Positions 32,364 through 41,783 of a stretch of DNA of 64,000 nucleotides are shown here, piece by piece (position 1 is the first letter of the stretch; the number at the start of each line of letters is the position of its first letter). This stretch comes from an uncultured Acidobacteriaceae bacterium (GTDB taxonomy: Bacteria > Acidobacteriota > Terriglobia > Terriglobales > Acidobacteriaceae). The position numbers and the translations under genes are program-made. The DNA lies in assembly GCA_963826845.1 (NCBI GenBank), contig CAWGYS010000025.1:1606-65605 (forward strand), given 5' to 3'. The notes beneath the pieces were generated by a model. It made no database searches. It saw nothing but the letters and a program-made list of their open reading frames with translations, and was not told the origin of the DNA.

Positions 32364-33797
32364 ATGTCTAGTGGCGAGCGTCTTTGTTCGCCACCTATAC
32401 CACCGGATCATTGCCCTTGTCGACCACTGGATCCTATCGAAACTCGCTGCCGCTTGCGCTGCATCGCGTGCGGCGCAACTCCCGAATCCGCCAGCCAGGA
32501 TTTCCGTTGCACCGCTTGCGGCGACCTGCTGGAATTCTTTTTCCCCGGATGGACCTCCGACGCGCCTGATCCGGCGGCACTGAAGGCTCTCTGGCTCAAC
32601 CGCCGGACGTCACGCGAACCCCTTGACCAGAGCGGAGTCTGGCGCTTCCGCGAACTTCTCCCGCATATTCCAGCTGAGCATGCGATCACGTTGCGCGAAG
32701 GCAACACGCCGCTGTATCACCTGCCCCGGTGCGCGCGTGCGACTGGAGTCGAGAATCTCCACGCCAAGCACCAGGGCATGAACCCGACCGCATCGTTCAA
32801 AGACACGGGCATGACGTTCGCAGCGTCGTCGGCGCATCAAGGTAAATTCCAGTGGGTGGCCTGTGCTTCCACCGGCAACACTTCGGCCTCCATGGCCGCA
32901 TATGCCGCGCGCGGCAACATGCACAGCCTGGTGCTCATCCCGGATGGCAAGATTTCCTGGGGCAAGCTCTCGCAATCGCTCGACTACGGAGCGCTCACCT
33001 GCCAGCTCCGCACCGATTTTGACGGATGCGTCCGCATCCTCAACGAGCTCGTCCGAAAGAAGCCGGTGTATCTGCTGAATTCGGTGAATCCTTACCGCAT
33101 CGAAGGGCAGAAAACCGCCGCCATTGAACTTATGGAGCAACTCGCGTGGGAGCCGCCGGATCACATCATTGTGCCCGGAGGGAACCTCGGGAACAGTTCG
33201 GCAATCGGCAAGGCGCTGCTCGAGATGCGCGAACTCAATTTGATCTCGCGCCTGCCAAAGGTGTCCATCATCCAGGCGCAAGGCGCGAATCCGTTCTATC
33301 GTTGCGTGCGAGAATTCGGCGGGAAGAAACTCGAACCTATGATTGCCGAGACGATGGCGACTGCCATCCGCATCGGCAACCCGGCATCGTGGAAGAAAGC
33401 ACTGCGCGTGCTGCGGGCGACTGGTGGAGAGGTCGAAGAAGTCACCGAAGTCGAGATCGCCATTGCCAAAGCGGAAATCGGCGCCGATGGCATCGGTTGC
33501 GAGCCGGCATCCGCAGTCACGCTGGCCGGGCTCAAGAAACTGCGCCGCAGTGGATTCGTCAAAGCGGGCGAGGCTGTCGTGCTGATCCTGACCGGGCATC
33601 TGCTCAAGGATCCCGACTTCACTATCAAGTTCCATCGCGGTGATCTTTTTTCAGAAGCACCCGTCGCTGGCATACTCGACGCTGCCGAGGCTGCAAAGGC
33701 AAAATATCTTCAGCGCGCCCCGGTTGTGCTCGATGCTAGTCTCGGAGCCGTCATCGGCGCACTCGACGCAGCCGAGAAGGATGCTGAGCTAAACTGA
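32364..33797 (+). CDS. thrC: Threonine synthase with N-terminal zinc-ribbon
   Basis: Intact ORF. Motifs are CRLRCIACG...FRCTACGDLLE, TPLYHL, NPTASFKDTGM (PLP lysine), ASTGNTSASMAAYAA and GNLGNSSA. ATG 32364 is preferred over the track start TTG 32340. Confidence 0.9.
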   Translation: MSSGERLCSPPIPPDHCPCRPLDPIETRCRLRCIACGATPESASQDFRCTACGDLLEFFFPGWTSDAPDPAALKALWLNRRTSREPLDQSGVWRFRELLPHIPAEHAITLREGNTPLYHLPRCARATGVENLHAKHQGMNPTASFKDTGMTFAASSAHQGKFQWVACASTGNTSASMAAYAARGNMHSLVLIPDGKISWGKLSQSLDYGALTCQLRTDFDGCVRILNELVRKKPVYLLNSVNPYRIEGQKTAAIELMEQLAWEPPDHIIVPGGNLGNSSAIGKALLEMRELNLISRLPKVSIIQAQGANPFYRCVREFGGKKLEPMIAETMATAIRIGNPASWKKALRVLRATGGEVEEVTEVEIAIAKAEIGADGIGCEPASAVTLAGLKKLRRSGFVKAGEAVVLILTGHLLKDPDFTIKFHRGDLFSEAPVAGILDAAEAAKAKYLQRAPVVLDASLGAVIGALDAAEKDAELN

Positions 33798-33834
33798 TGG
33801 CGTATGGCGGGGATTTTGTCCTTAGAGGAAGGTG

Positions 33835-34278
33835 ATGCGCCAAGCAATAGTGCCGATGCTGTTGATGATCGCAGCGTTTGCGCAAAGCGGAGATCAGCAA
33901 CCGCTTTGGGGGCCAGTTTGTCGCGGAGATGCCGGCGATTCCGCAGAATGCATCGCCCCGCCACGTGTCACGTACTCGCCAGATCCTGAATATGATGACG
34001 CGTCTCGCAAGGCAAGAATTGAAGGTACAGTTGTGTTGCGAATCATTGTGACCAGGGACGGGCTGGTGAAAGATCCAAGAATTAAGAGAGGTCTGTGCGA
34101 GGCTTTAGATAAGAAAGCTGTAGAGGCCGTTTCGCAATGGAAGTTTACCCCTGCAATGAAAAACGGGAAGCCGGTTTCCCTGTATCTAAACGTCGAGGTC
34201 ACGTTCAAACTCGCTCATTCGGCCCAAGCATCGTGGAATAGGGATTTGTCCAACGCACCATTCCGCAGAAATTCGTAG
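33835..34278 (+). CDS. TonB C-terminal-domain protein (small, secreted)
   Basis: The signal peptide is MRQAIVPMLLMIAAFAQS. It is followed by PPRVTYSPDPEYDDASRKARIEGTVVLRIIVTRDGLVKDPRI...AVEAVSQWKFTPAMKNGKPVSLYLNVEVTF, the TonB_C pattern. Confidence 0.7.
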   Translation: MRQAIVPMLLMIAAFAQSGDQQPLWGPVCRGDAGDSAECIAPPRVTYSPDPEYDDASRKARIEGTVVLRIIVTRDGLVKDPRIKRGLCEALDKKAVEAVSQWKFTPAMKNGKPVSLYLNVEVTFKLAHSAQASWNRDLSNAPFRRNS

Positions 34279-34422
34279 CACTCCGCCCCAAACTCGTGTA
34301 TAAAACACAGTTCGGCGTCCGTGCCGATTCTAAGGCACTCCGCTTAGGCCGGACCGAGCTAAAGCCTTTCATTCCTGTAGTTTCTGGAAATCTGGGCCGC
34401 CGAGGAGTTTGCTCTGTAATCT

Positions 34423-35388
34423 ATGCCTTCACGTCCTACATCTTTAAATCGCTCACTCCGGCTGGCGCTGCCCGCGACCTCTGCCAACCTGGGCCCCGCG
34501 TTTGACGCTGCCGCCCTTGCCCTGGATTTCCATCTCCGCTTGCGCGCCGAGCGCGCGCCTGACTTCTTTGTTACCGCCGAAGGCCGCGACGCGCAGATCT
34601 GCGCCCGCATGGAGAACCACCTCATCGTCACCACTTATTGCGAGGTGCTCGAGTCGGAGAATCGCAAGATTGCTCCCCTGCGCATCCACATCGAAAACGA
34701 GATTCCCATCGGCCGCGGTTGCGGATCGTCGGCTGCCGCGCGTCTGGCAGGCATCGCGCTGGCGGTACACTTCGGACATCTGCGCTGGAAAAATGACCGC
34801 ATCGTCGGAGAAGCTTCCATGCGCGAGCACCATCCCGACAACGCTTCCGCCTGCTGGATGGGCGCGCTTACGGTGGCGCGCATGGCCAATCAGGTCCAGG
34901 CGCAGGTCGTCGAAGTGAAGCCGAAAGGGAAGTGGCCGCTGCTGCTGGCTGTCCCCGATGCGCCGCTTTCGACTGAGCAAGCGCGCCGCGTGCTGCCCTT
35001 CCAATACTCGCGCGCCGACGCCGTCACCAACATTCAGAACTCGATGCTGCTGTTCGCGGCCTTCACGCAAGATCGTCAGGACCTGCTGCCTTCGGCGCTC
35101 GAAGACCGCATTCACCAGCCCTATCGCGCGCCGCTCTGTCCTCTGCTGCCCGCACTCAAGGAACTCACCGGAGAATCCGGCATACTCGGCGCCGCGCTCA
35201 GCGGAGCGGGGCCGTCGGTGCTGGTGTTTCTTGATCCGAAGGTTCCAGCAAAAAGGGCCAAGCAGAGAATCGCCGCCCACCTCACCAAGCGCCGGCTCAC
35301 CGCCGAACTTCTGCTCACTCAGATCGCGCTCCACGGCGGACGCGATGGAGTTGACTGGCGCAAGCATCATGCCAGCGCGAGAAAATAG
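34423..35388 (+). CDS. thrB: Homoserine kinase (GHMP kinase)
   Basis: Intact 321 aa. Motifs are LPATSANLGPAFDAAALAL, IENEIPIGRGCGSSAAARLAG (the GHMP ATP motif) and GAALSGAGPSV. Confidence 0.85.
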   Translation: MPSRPTSLNRSLRLALPATSANLGPAFDAAALALDFHLRLRAERAPDFFVTAEGRDAQICARMENHLIVTTYCEVLESENRKIAPLRIHIENEIPIGRGCGSSAAARLAGIALAVHFGHLRWKNDRIVGEASMREHHPDNASACWMGALTVARMANQVQAQVVEVKPKGKWPLLLAVPDAPLSTEQARRVLPFQYSRADAVTNIQNSMLLFAAFTQDRQDLLPSALEDRIHQPYRAPLCPLLPALKELTGESGILGAALSGAGPSVLVFLDPKVPAKRAKQRIAAHLTKRRLTAELLLTQIALHGGRDGVDWRKHHASARK

Positions 35389-35392
35389 TTTC

Positions 35393-35975
35393 CTACTGCC
35401 GGCTGGCCGGAGGCACGATGCCGTTCATGCGCAAATATTCCACCATTTGTCCGTAATGATCGAAACCGTGCCAGGAGAAGATCAAAGCCACGCTGAGTCG
35501 CGTAGTCGTTGACTTGCCGCCAGAGGCGGGAATCGGTTCCAGGGCATTCGCGTCGGTAATGCTTGCGACTGCTTTGTGGGCGTAGGCGAAGGAATCTTTC
35601 AGATACTTAAGGATGTCGGCCTTCGACTTCACGGTGTCGGGGCCCTTTCCGTCGTTGGCGTCGACGGGTGATTTTTCGCCGAGAATGTGGGCCCCAATCA
35701 GGTAGTTGCTGGCGGCAACATGCTTGACCTGCTCCGCAAATGTGCGGACGCCTTTGAAGTCGCCGTTTGTGGGCGCGAAGCCATATTTATCTTCGGGCAT
35801 TGCTTCGGCGGCGGGAACAAAATCGCCTTCCACATTCTTGATGCTGCTGTCGAGAACCTGACTGATGGTTTTCTTTTCGTCTTTCGTTTGCGGCTGTGCT
35901 TGCGCCAGGCCCAAAACTGCACAGGACCAGCATCGCTCCCAGGATCGCCGCGGCAGTAGCAGTGATCGTTTTCAT
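35393..35975 (-). CDS. DinB-family protein, secreted; one frame break in the signal-peptide region
   Basis: MKTITATAAAILGAMLVLCSFG joins LAQAQPQTKDEKKTISQ if the GGG run near 35913 is shortened by one base. The body carries FAEQVKHVAASNY...FSWHGFDHYGQMVEYLRMNG, the DinB His pattern. Confidence 0.75.
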
Positions 35976-36004
35976 CTTCCCTCCAAGTAGATTTAGAAAT
36001 CACA

Positions 36005-37279
36005 TCAATCTCTAACCACCACCGGCGTCAGGTCCAGTTCACTCGCTGTGATGCGATGCCCGCGCAGGGCGAATACTCCGAGCGCGAGTACTATCGCGGC
36101 CACGCCAAGCGCATCCGGGACACCAATTCTTTTCGCCAGTGCGCCCCATACCGTCGCTCCGACCGCCATGCCTCCCTGCAACACCAGCAGATAAAATGAC
36201 AGCGCCCGAGCGCGCACATATGCCGGACACATGGTCTGCGCGGCCACATTCAGGCAGGCCAGAATTCCGATCCAGGCAGCGCCCGCTATTAACATCACGG
36301 CGCACAACAAAGCAAAAATTTCCGCCCGTCCCGCAGCAAACGTCATTCCGGCAAAAATCACAATGGAGGTGCCAACCACCCCATCGACCGACAGTTTCTC
36401 CCGCAACCGCGGCAGCGCTAACGCTCCCAAAAGAGCGCCCAGACCGAAGCAGCCGAGAAGTACACCATATCCTGTCGCTCCATAGGGACGCGCGATGATC
36501 GGCAGCAGCGCCAGCATGGCCACGGCCGCCACGCTGAAGGTTCCGGTTCGCAGCAGCACCGACTTCGCCAGCCCGCTCTCGCGCACATAGGTGAAAGCCA
36601 TCGCAGATTGCCGGCCACACGCGCTGTGTCTTCGCTGGGGCCGCAATCGGCCGCTTCCAGCGATAGAGAAACAAAATCACGCCCAGAAAAGAGAATGCAT
36701 TGAGCAGGAAGGTGGTGCCGCTACCGACTGCTGCCACAACCACGCCGCCGAGTGCGGGGCCTACCGCTCGCGCCACGTTGAATCCTGCCGAGTTCAGAGA
36801 CACCGCCGAGGCATGTTGGTTCGCCGGAACCAGCTCCGGTGTAATCGCCTGCCACGCCGGATCATTCATCACCGCTCCGAGGCCAAGGAGAAACGTAAAC
36901 AGCAGCAAGACCCACGGTCCGACGCAACTGGTCAGCGTCATGATGCCAAGCGTTCCGGAAGCCAGCACCATCCATCCCTGTGTCAGCAGCAGAAAGCGGC
37001 GCCGGTCCACCATGTCCGCAAGCGCGCCAGCGGGCAAGATGACGAGGAACACCGGCAGCGCTCCGGCGGCTTGCACCAATCCGATCATCAGCGGATTCAT
37101 GGTCATCTGTGTCATCAGCCAGCCGGCGCCCACGTTCTGCATCCAGGTGCCGGTATAGGAAATGACCGAAGCAATCCAGAGCGATCGAAACAGTGGCTCG
37201 CCCGAGCGGAGCCCAGGCAGAAATTGGCCGAACGCTGCCCGCGATCGGATCGCCCCGGCATTTTGATCATTTCCGCCAT
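36005..37279 (-). CDS. MFS transporter (MFS_3/EntS-like); two frame breaks as assembled
   Basis: ...LFRSLWIASVISYTGTWMQNVGAGWLMTQMT...ALADMVDRRRFLLL... continues after a break near 36620 as AFTYVRESGLAKSVLL.... The start ATGs at 37279-37261 are out of frame. Lengthening the G4 run near 37255 by one base restores MPGAIRSRAAFGQFLPGL.... Confidence 0.75.
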
Positions 37280-37283
37280 GAAT

Positions 37284-37353
37284 AGCGAACGACGACTAGC
37301 GAACAACGACTAGCGAACGACGAATGGCGAACGACTAACGACCAGCGACCAGC
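37284..37353. repeat. Heptad tandem array, AGCGAAC/GACCAGC family (10 units)
   Basis: agcgaac gacgact agcgaac aacgact agcgaac gacgaat ggcgaac gactaac gaccagc gaccagc. It lies between MFS ATG 37279 and the permease 3' end, and it encodes the permease tail ...FAGASLVAGR. Confidence 0.85.
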
Positions 37354-38813
37354 GAAGCACCCGCAAACGGCCACTCCCGCCGCCGCCACGAGCGCACACA
37401 ATAGACGACGATTCCGACCACCAGAATCACCGCTGCATACCGAATCTCCCGCAAGAAGTCCGTGCGCGAAACTAAGATAAAAATAAAACTCCCCGCCGCC
37501 ACCAGCGCCGGCACGGGATAGAGCCACATCCGAAATGGACGATTCATCTCGGGACGGCGGATGCGCAGCACAATCACGCCGATGCTCTGCACCAGGAATT
37601 GCAGGATGATACGAATCACCACTAGCGCAGCAATCAAATCCGCCAGCCGCAGAAAACAGAACAGCGCGGCGACGCCCGCCAGCGCCAGCAAAGAAACATA
37701 AGGAAACTGATGCACCGGATGCACCCGGGCAAACGCCCGAAAATAATTTCCATCAACCGCCGCCGCGTAGGGCACGCGCGAATACCCCAGCGTCAACGAG
37801 AATACCGAAGCAAACGCCGTCCACATCACCAGAGCCGACACCACGGACGCCGCTCCATGCCCGTAGGCCGTCTGCATGAACGTAGAAACTACATACAGCT
37901 TGCTGTTCGACGCTCCCGACTGCGTCAGCTCCCGCCAGGGCACGACGCCGAGAATGCTGATGTTCATTACTACATATAGACAGGCCACAGCCAGAATGGA
38001 TAGCAATAAGGCCCGCGGAATATTCTTGCCCGGATTCTTGATTTCATCGCCGAGAAAACAGACGTTGTAATAACCCCAATAGTCATAAGCGGCGATCAAC
38101 ATCACTCCGCCCAGCCCATGAAAGAAGTCCCGCGAAAACGAAAACGCGCCCGGGAGGAAAATCAAACGCTTGCCGCGCATTGAAATGAGTGAGGCCGGCG
38201 AAGATGATCCATCCGATGGTCCCCATCACGCCGATCCAAAGCAGTGTCGAAAGTCTGGAGATGGCAGTGATTCGCCGGTAAAGCAGAAACGCCGTGAACA
38301 GGCAGACTCCAATGGCAAGCAAAGTCGCGGGCATTGCCACCCATGTCACCTGCAAGGGCCCAACAGCGGCACATTCAGGCTCAACGTGCGTGCTGCCCAA
38401 ACCCGCTCCAGTCCTGGCCAGAAGAAAGACGCATATTGCGAAAGCCCGACCGCTCCGGAAGCAATCGAGAGCGGAGCGCTGAACGAAAGCTGCCAGATAA
38501 AGAGGAAGGAAACAGCGCGCCCCAACTTTTGTGGACCGTAAATCTCTTTCAGATAGCGGTAAGACCCGCCCGACCCTGGCATAGCCGCGCCCAATTCCGC
38601 CCAAACTAGCCCATCGCAGACGGCGAGCACCGCACCCAGCACCCATCCCAACATCGCTTGCGGGCCGCCCATCACGGTCACGATCAGCGGGATCGTAATG
38701 AACGGTCCCACGCCGATCATGTCAATCATGTTCAGCGCGGTGGCCGAGCCGAGACCGATGCCGCGGACGAGTTGCGGCTTGGTGGCGGATTCGGCTTCGA
38801 GTGGGATTGTCAT
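37335..38813 (-). CDS. APC-family amino-acid permease; 2-3 frame breaks as assembled
   Basis: MTIPLEAESATKPQLVRGIGLGSATALNMIDMIGVGPFITIPLIV...GSGGSYRYLKE.... Fragments 38083..38646 and 37335..38180 add ...AAYDYWGYYNVCFLGDEIKNPGKNIPRAL... and further TM segments. Breaks lie near 38350-38380 and near 38170. Confidence 0.8.
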
Positions 38814-38820
38814 GAAATAG

Positions 38821-38848
38821 GTCGCTGATCGCTGGTCGTTGGCGATCA
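38821..38848. repeat. Heptad array, inverted copy of the GACCAGC family, 8 nt upstream of the permease start
   Basis: gtcgctg atcgctg gtcgttg gcgatca. The stretch tcgctgatcgctggtcgtt is the reverse complement, with one mismatch, of aacgaccagcgaccagcga at 37337..37355. Confidence 0.8.
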
Positions 38849-38926
38849 AATCTTTTCAGAATTAACGCGATCCGTCGTTCGCAACCGCTCCGCGAGCGAC
38901 TAACCCTATCGACCATCAACCGAACC

Positions 38927-41691
38927 CTAACGACTGCTGATCAAATTCACAAACAGTCGCACTGCCCCTGGCACGCCCGCCGGCAGCTGCCGGAAGAATG
39001 CATATCCCGTGTAGATATACGTGCCCTTGCCGTAGTGCGCGACCAGCAGTCCGCCTTTCTGCTCGCCTTCGCCCGGATCATGCGATTCGAGCAACGGCGT
39101 AAAGTTCGCGTCCCACTGGGTCATGAAAGTACAGCCCGCGCTCCTGCACCCATCCCTCGAAATCTTTCTGAGTAATTTCGTTGGGAAAATGAAAGATCGG
39201 GTTGCGACGGATCGAGAATCGTAACTGGCGCCTCTTCCACCGAAACCCGTGCCCGTCCGAGCGTTGCCGGATAAGGCGTGAACTTGCCGGAATTAAAATC
39301 GATCGGAACCCCGAACGAACCCAGCGTGTTGTATTGCACCACCAAGCGTCCACCCTTGTCGACGAAATCGAGCAGCCGCTTGTTGTTGTCAATCACGCCT
39401 TTCTGGGTATCATAGGCGCGGATGCCGAGCACGATTGTCTGGTACTGGTTCAGGTCCTCGCTTGCCAACTTGTCGGGCGGAATCATCGTGACATTCATCC
39501 CGATCTGCTCGAGAACCGTTGGAATGTCATCGCCCGCGCCCATGATGTAGCCGACCTTCAGATCCTTCGGGACCTTTACGTCGACGACGCTGACGAGCTG
39601 AACGGCGGGCTGATAATAATAGAACGTTCCAAGATCCTCGCGGGTAACGACTGAGTATCCTTCGCCGTAGCTTTTCTTGACGCTCGTTAGTTCCGCACGG
39701 ATATGAGTTTGACTCTCCTTCAATTCCGACGGAAACACCTGGAATGGTGCGTCCTTAGACCCATCTCTTGGAATCTCGATGGACTCGCGCACCGGTTCTG
39801 CAAGCCAGCCGCTGGGGACTTGAAGGGATATCACGGCTTGTGAAGCGCTGGCCTGATCTCGAGCTGTGCTTTTCAGGCTGGTGCTGCCGCGCAAGCTGGT
39901 CGGAATCACATTGCTCGATGGCGACACTGCGATCGAAAATTCTGGACCAATGGCCAGTGGCTGCTCTCCTGCGCTCCCGTCCGGCCACTTGAATCGCACC
40001 ATGACCGGAACGTCGATGGCGCCAGCGAGTCCCTGGTATTGGTATTCCATGCGCACGTGGAACGGTGGCGGAGGGAAGGGAAGCGTCTGATATTGCGGTT
40101 CGTCGATCGTGTTCAGCGCGTCTCGCTGCGGATCGTGCCTGTGCCAGTATGGCCGTGTATATCCCACTTTCTCGCACGGCGTCATACGGAAATCGAACCA
40201 AGCTGTCGACGGTTTGTCGGCCGATTTGGCTCCTTCTGCGATTCGCTGGCAACCCGGCGCGTCTAAGATTAGCTTTGCCGAGATGGCCTTTCCGCCGCTG
40301 GCAATTCCCAACGACTTCACAGCGACACTTTCTCCGGGAACGGACATCGTAGCCGATTCTGGAGAAGACGCGGGTGGGGCATCGAGAGTTGCTGTCAACT
40401 CGACTCCCAAGGCTATGTTTGCCGCGCGCTGGAACTGGTCGCGCTTCGTTTCGAGTTCAGTCGCCATCCACTGCTTCGTGTTTTCTGGCAGCGACGATTG
40501 CTGGACTTCCTTTTGCAGATCGTCAGCCTCTTTTCGGCCGCTCAATAACGCTGTGATGCCCGCTGCCGAGCCGACGTCTGCAGTTTTCTCCGCCGCAGAA
40601 ACTCTTTGCTGGATCTCGGCAAGCGAGGCCCGCAGCCACGGCACTTTTTTTTCTTCGTCACCCAACCGCGACGCCAACCCCGGCAGCGTCGCGTCAATCC
40701 CATCGAAGAAATCCTGTTCGTGCCCGTCTTTGTCTTTTGGCGACTCCACCACCGAGTCCACCAGTTTGTAGAATGCAAACCGGTCGCCCTTGGGAACCGA
40801 TACGCCTGCCAGCCCTTGCGATTCCTGATGGCGCAAGCCCTCTATGGCAAACTGCACATACGACATCCCCAGCAACGGGTCTTGTTGCCCGGTGTTTAGC
40901 TTGACGGTGTAATTGGCTGCGTCGCAGGTCGAAGCGCCGAAGCCGCATACATTTCCGATGTACAGCTTCTTCGGCTGCCACGGCTGCAAGCCTTCTTTGA
41001 TCTGTTCAGGAAAACGATTAGGGTCGGCTGCTGCGCGAAATGCTTCTTTCGTTAGGACCGCCGAAGCCTGATGGTGCCCGTGCCCGTCGCGGTCGGTTCC
41101 CGAGAAGCGTGCAATCAGCACATCGGGACGAAACGTGCGGACCACGCGCACGATATCTGCGAGCGCGATGTCATGTCCTTGCCATTTCTGAAACGTTTCT
41201 TCTGGAGTTTTGGAATATCCGAAGTCCGCGACTCGAGAGAACCGTTGTTCCACTCCGTAATAGCGATCAGCTGCCAGCACCTCCAGAGTCCGCACCACAC
41301 CCAGCACATCGAACAGATTGCTGCCCAGCTTATTCTGTCCACCTTCGCCGCGATTCAATGTCATCAGCAGGGTTGAAACGCCTTTGCCGCGCGCCTCCAG
41401 CGTCAACATGCCGCCGTCTTCGTCATCGGGATGGGCATCCACTTGCATCAGCCGCCCCGTCGTTTGCAATCGCCGCAACATCAGCTTCAGCCCCGCTGTG
41501 CCAGTGTCCTGAGGGAGGGGCTCATAGTAACCATCTACGACATGATTGGCGCTGTGATCGGCGTCGGGATTTCCCACCGTCTGCGACTGGGCGAGTAACG
41601 CGGTCGCGGCTAACGGGGCCAGCAGCATCGTTACCTGCCGCTTGCGCAGACATCGGCCGCCGAATTTTCTTAGTGTTGCAAACATGACCAT
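38927..41691 (-). CDS. PIG-L/LmbE-family deacetylase fused to a large C-terminal region (GATase1/ThuA-like end); two frame breaks near the 3' end
   Basis: MQVDAHPDDEDGGMLTLEARGKGVSTLLMTLNRGEGGQN and GHGHHQAS match the PIG-L zinc motif context. The 866-aa ORF continues, after breaks near 39220 and 39125, into IRRNPIFHFPNEITQKDFEGWVQERGLYF|MTQWDANFTPLLESHDPGE...TGYAFFRQLPAGVPGAVRLFVNL. The track start is TTG 41721. The first ATG, 41691, is used here. Confidence 0.8.
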
Positions 41692-41783
41692 CTGATGGAT
41701 TTTCCTCGAGGAAAGGATCAAATATATTACCTATCGATGTCGCCACGGGATGACCCCGCGAGCGAATTGTCGTCGCTCAGCTT

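Noticed and set aside
37284-38848. Inverted 19-mers flanking the APC permease considered as terminal inverted repeats of a mobile element.
   Set aside because: There is no transposase or integrase inside, and no target-site duplication is visible. The repeats are part of heptad arrays that also occur elsewhere (59891) without such pairing.
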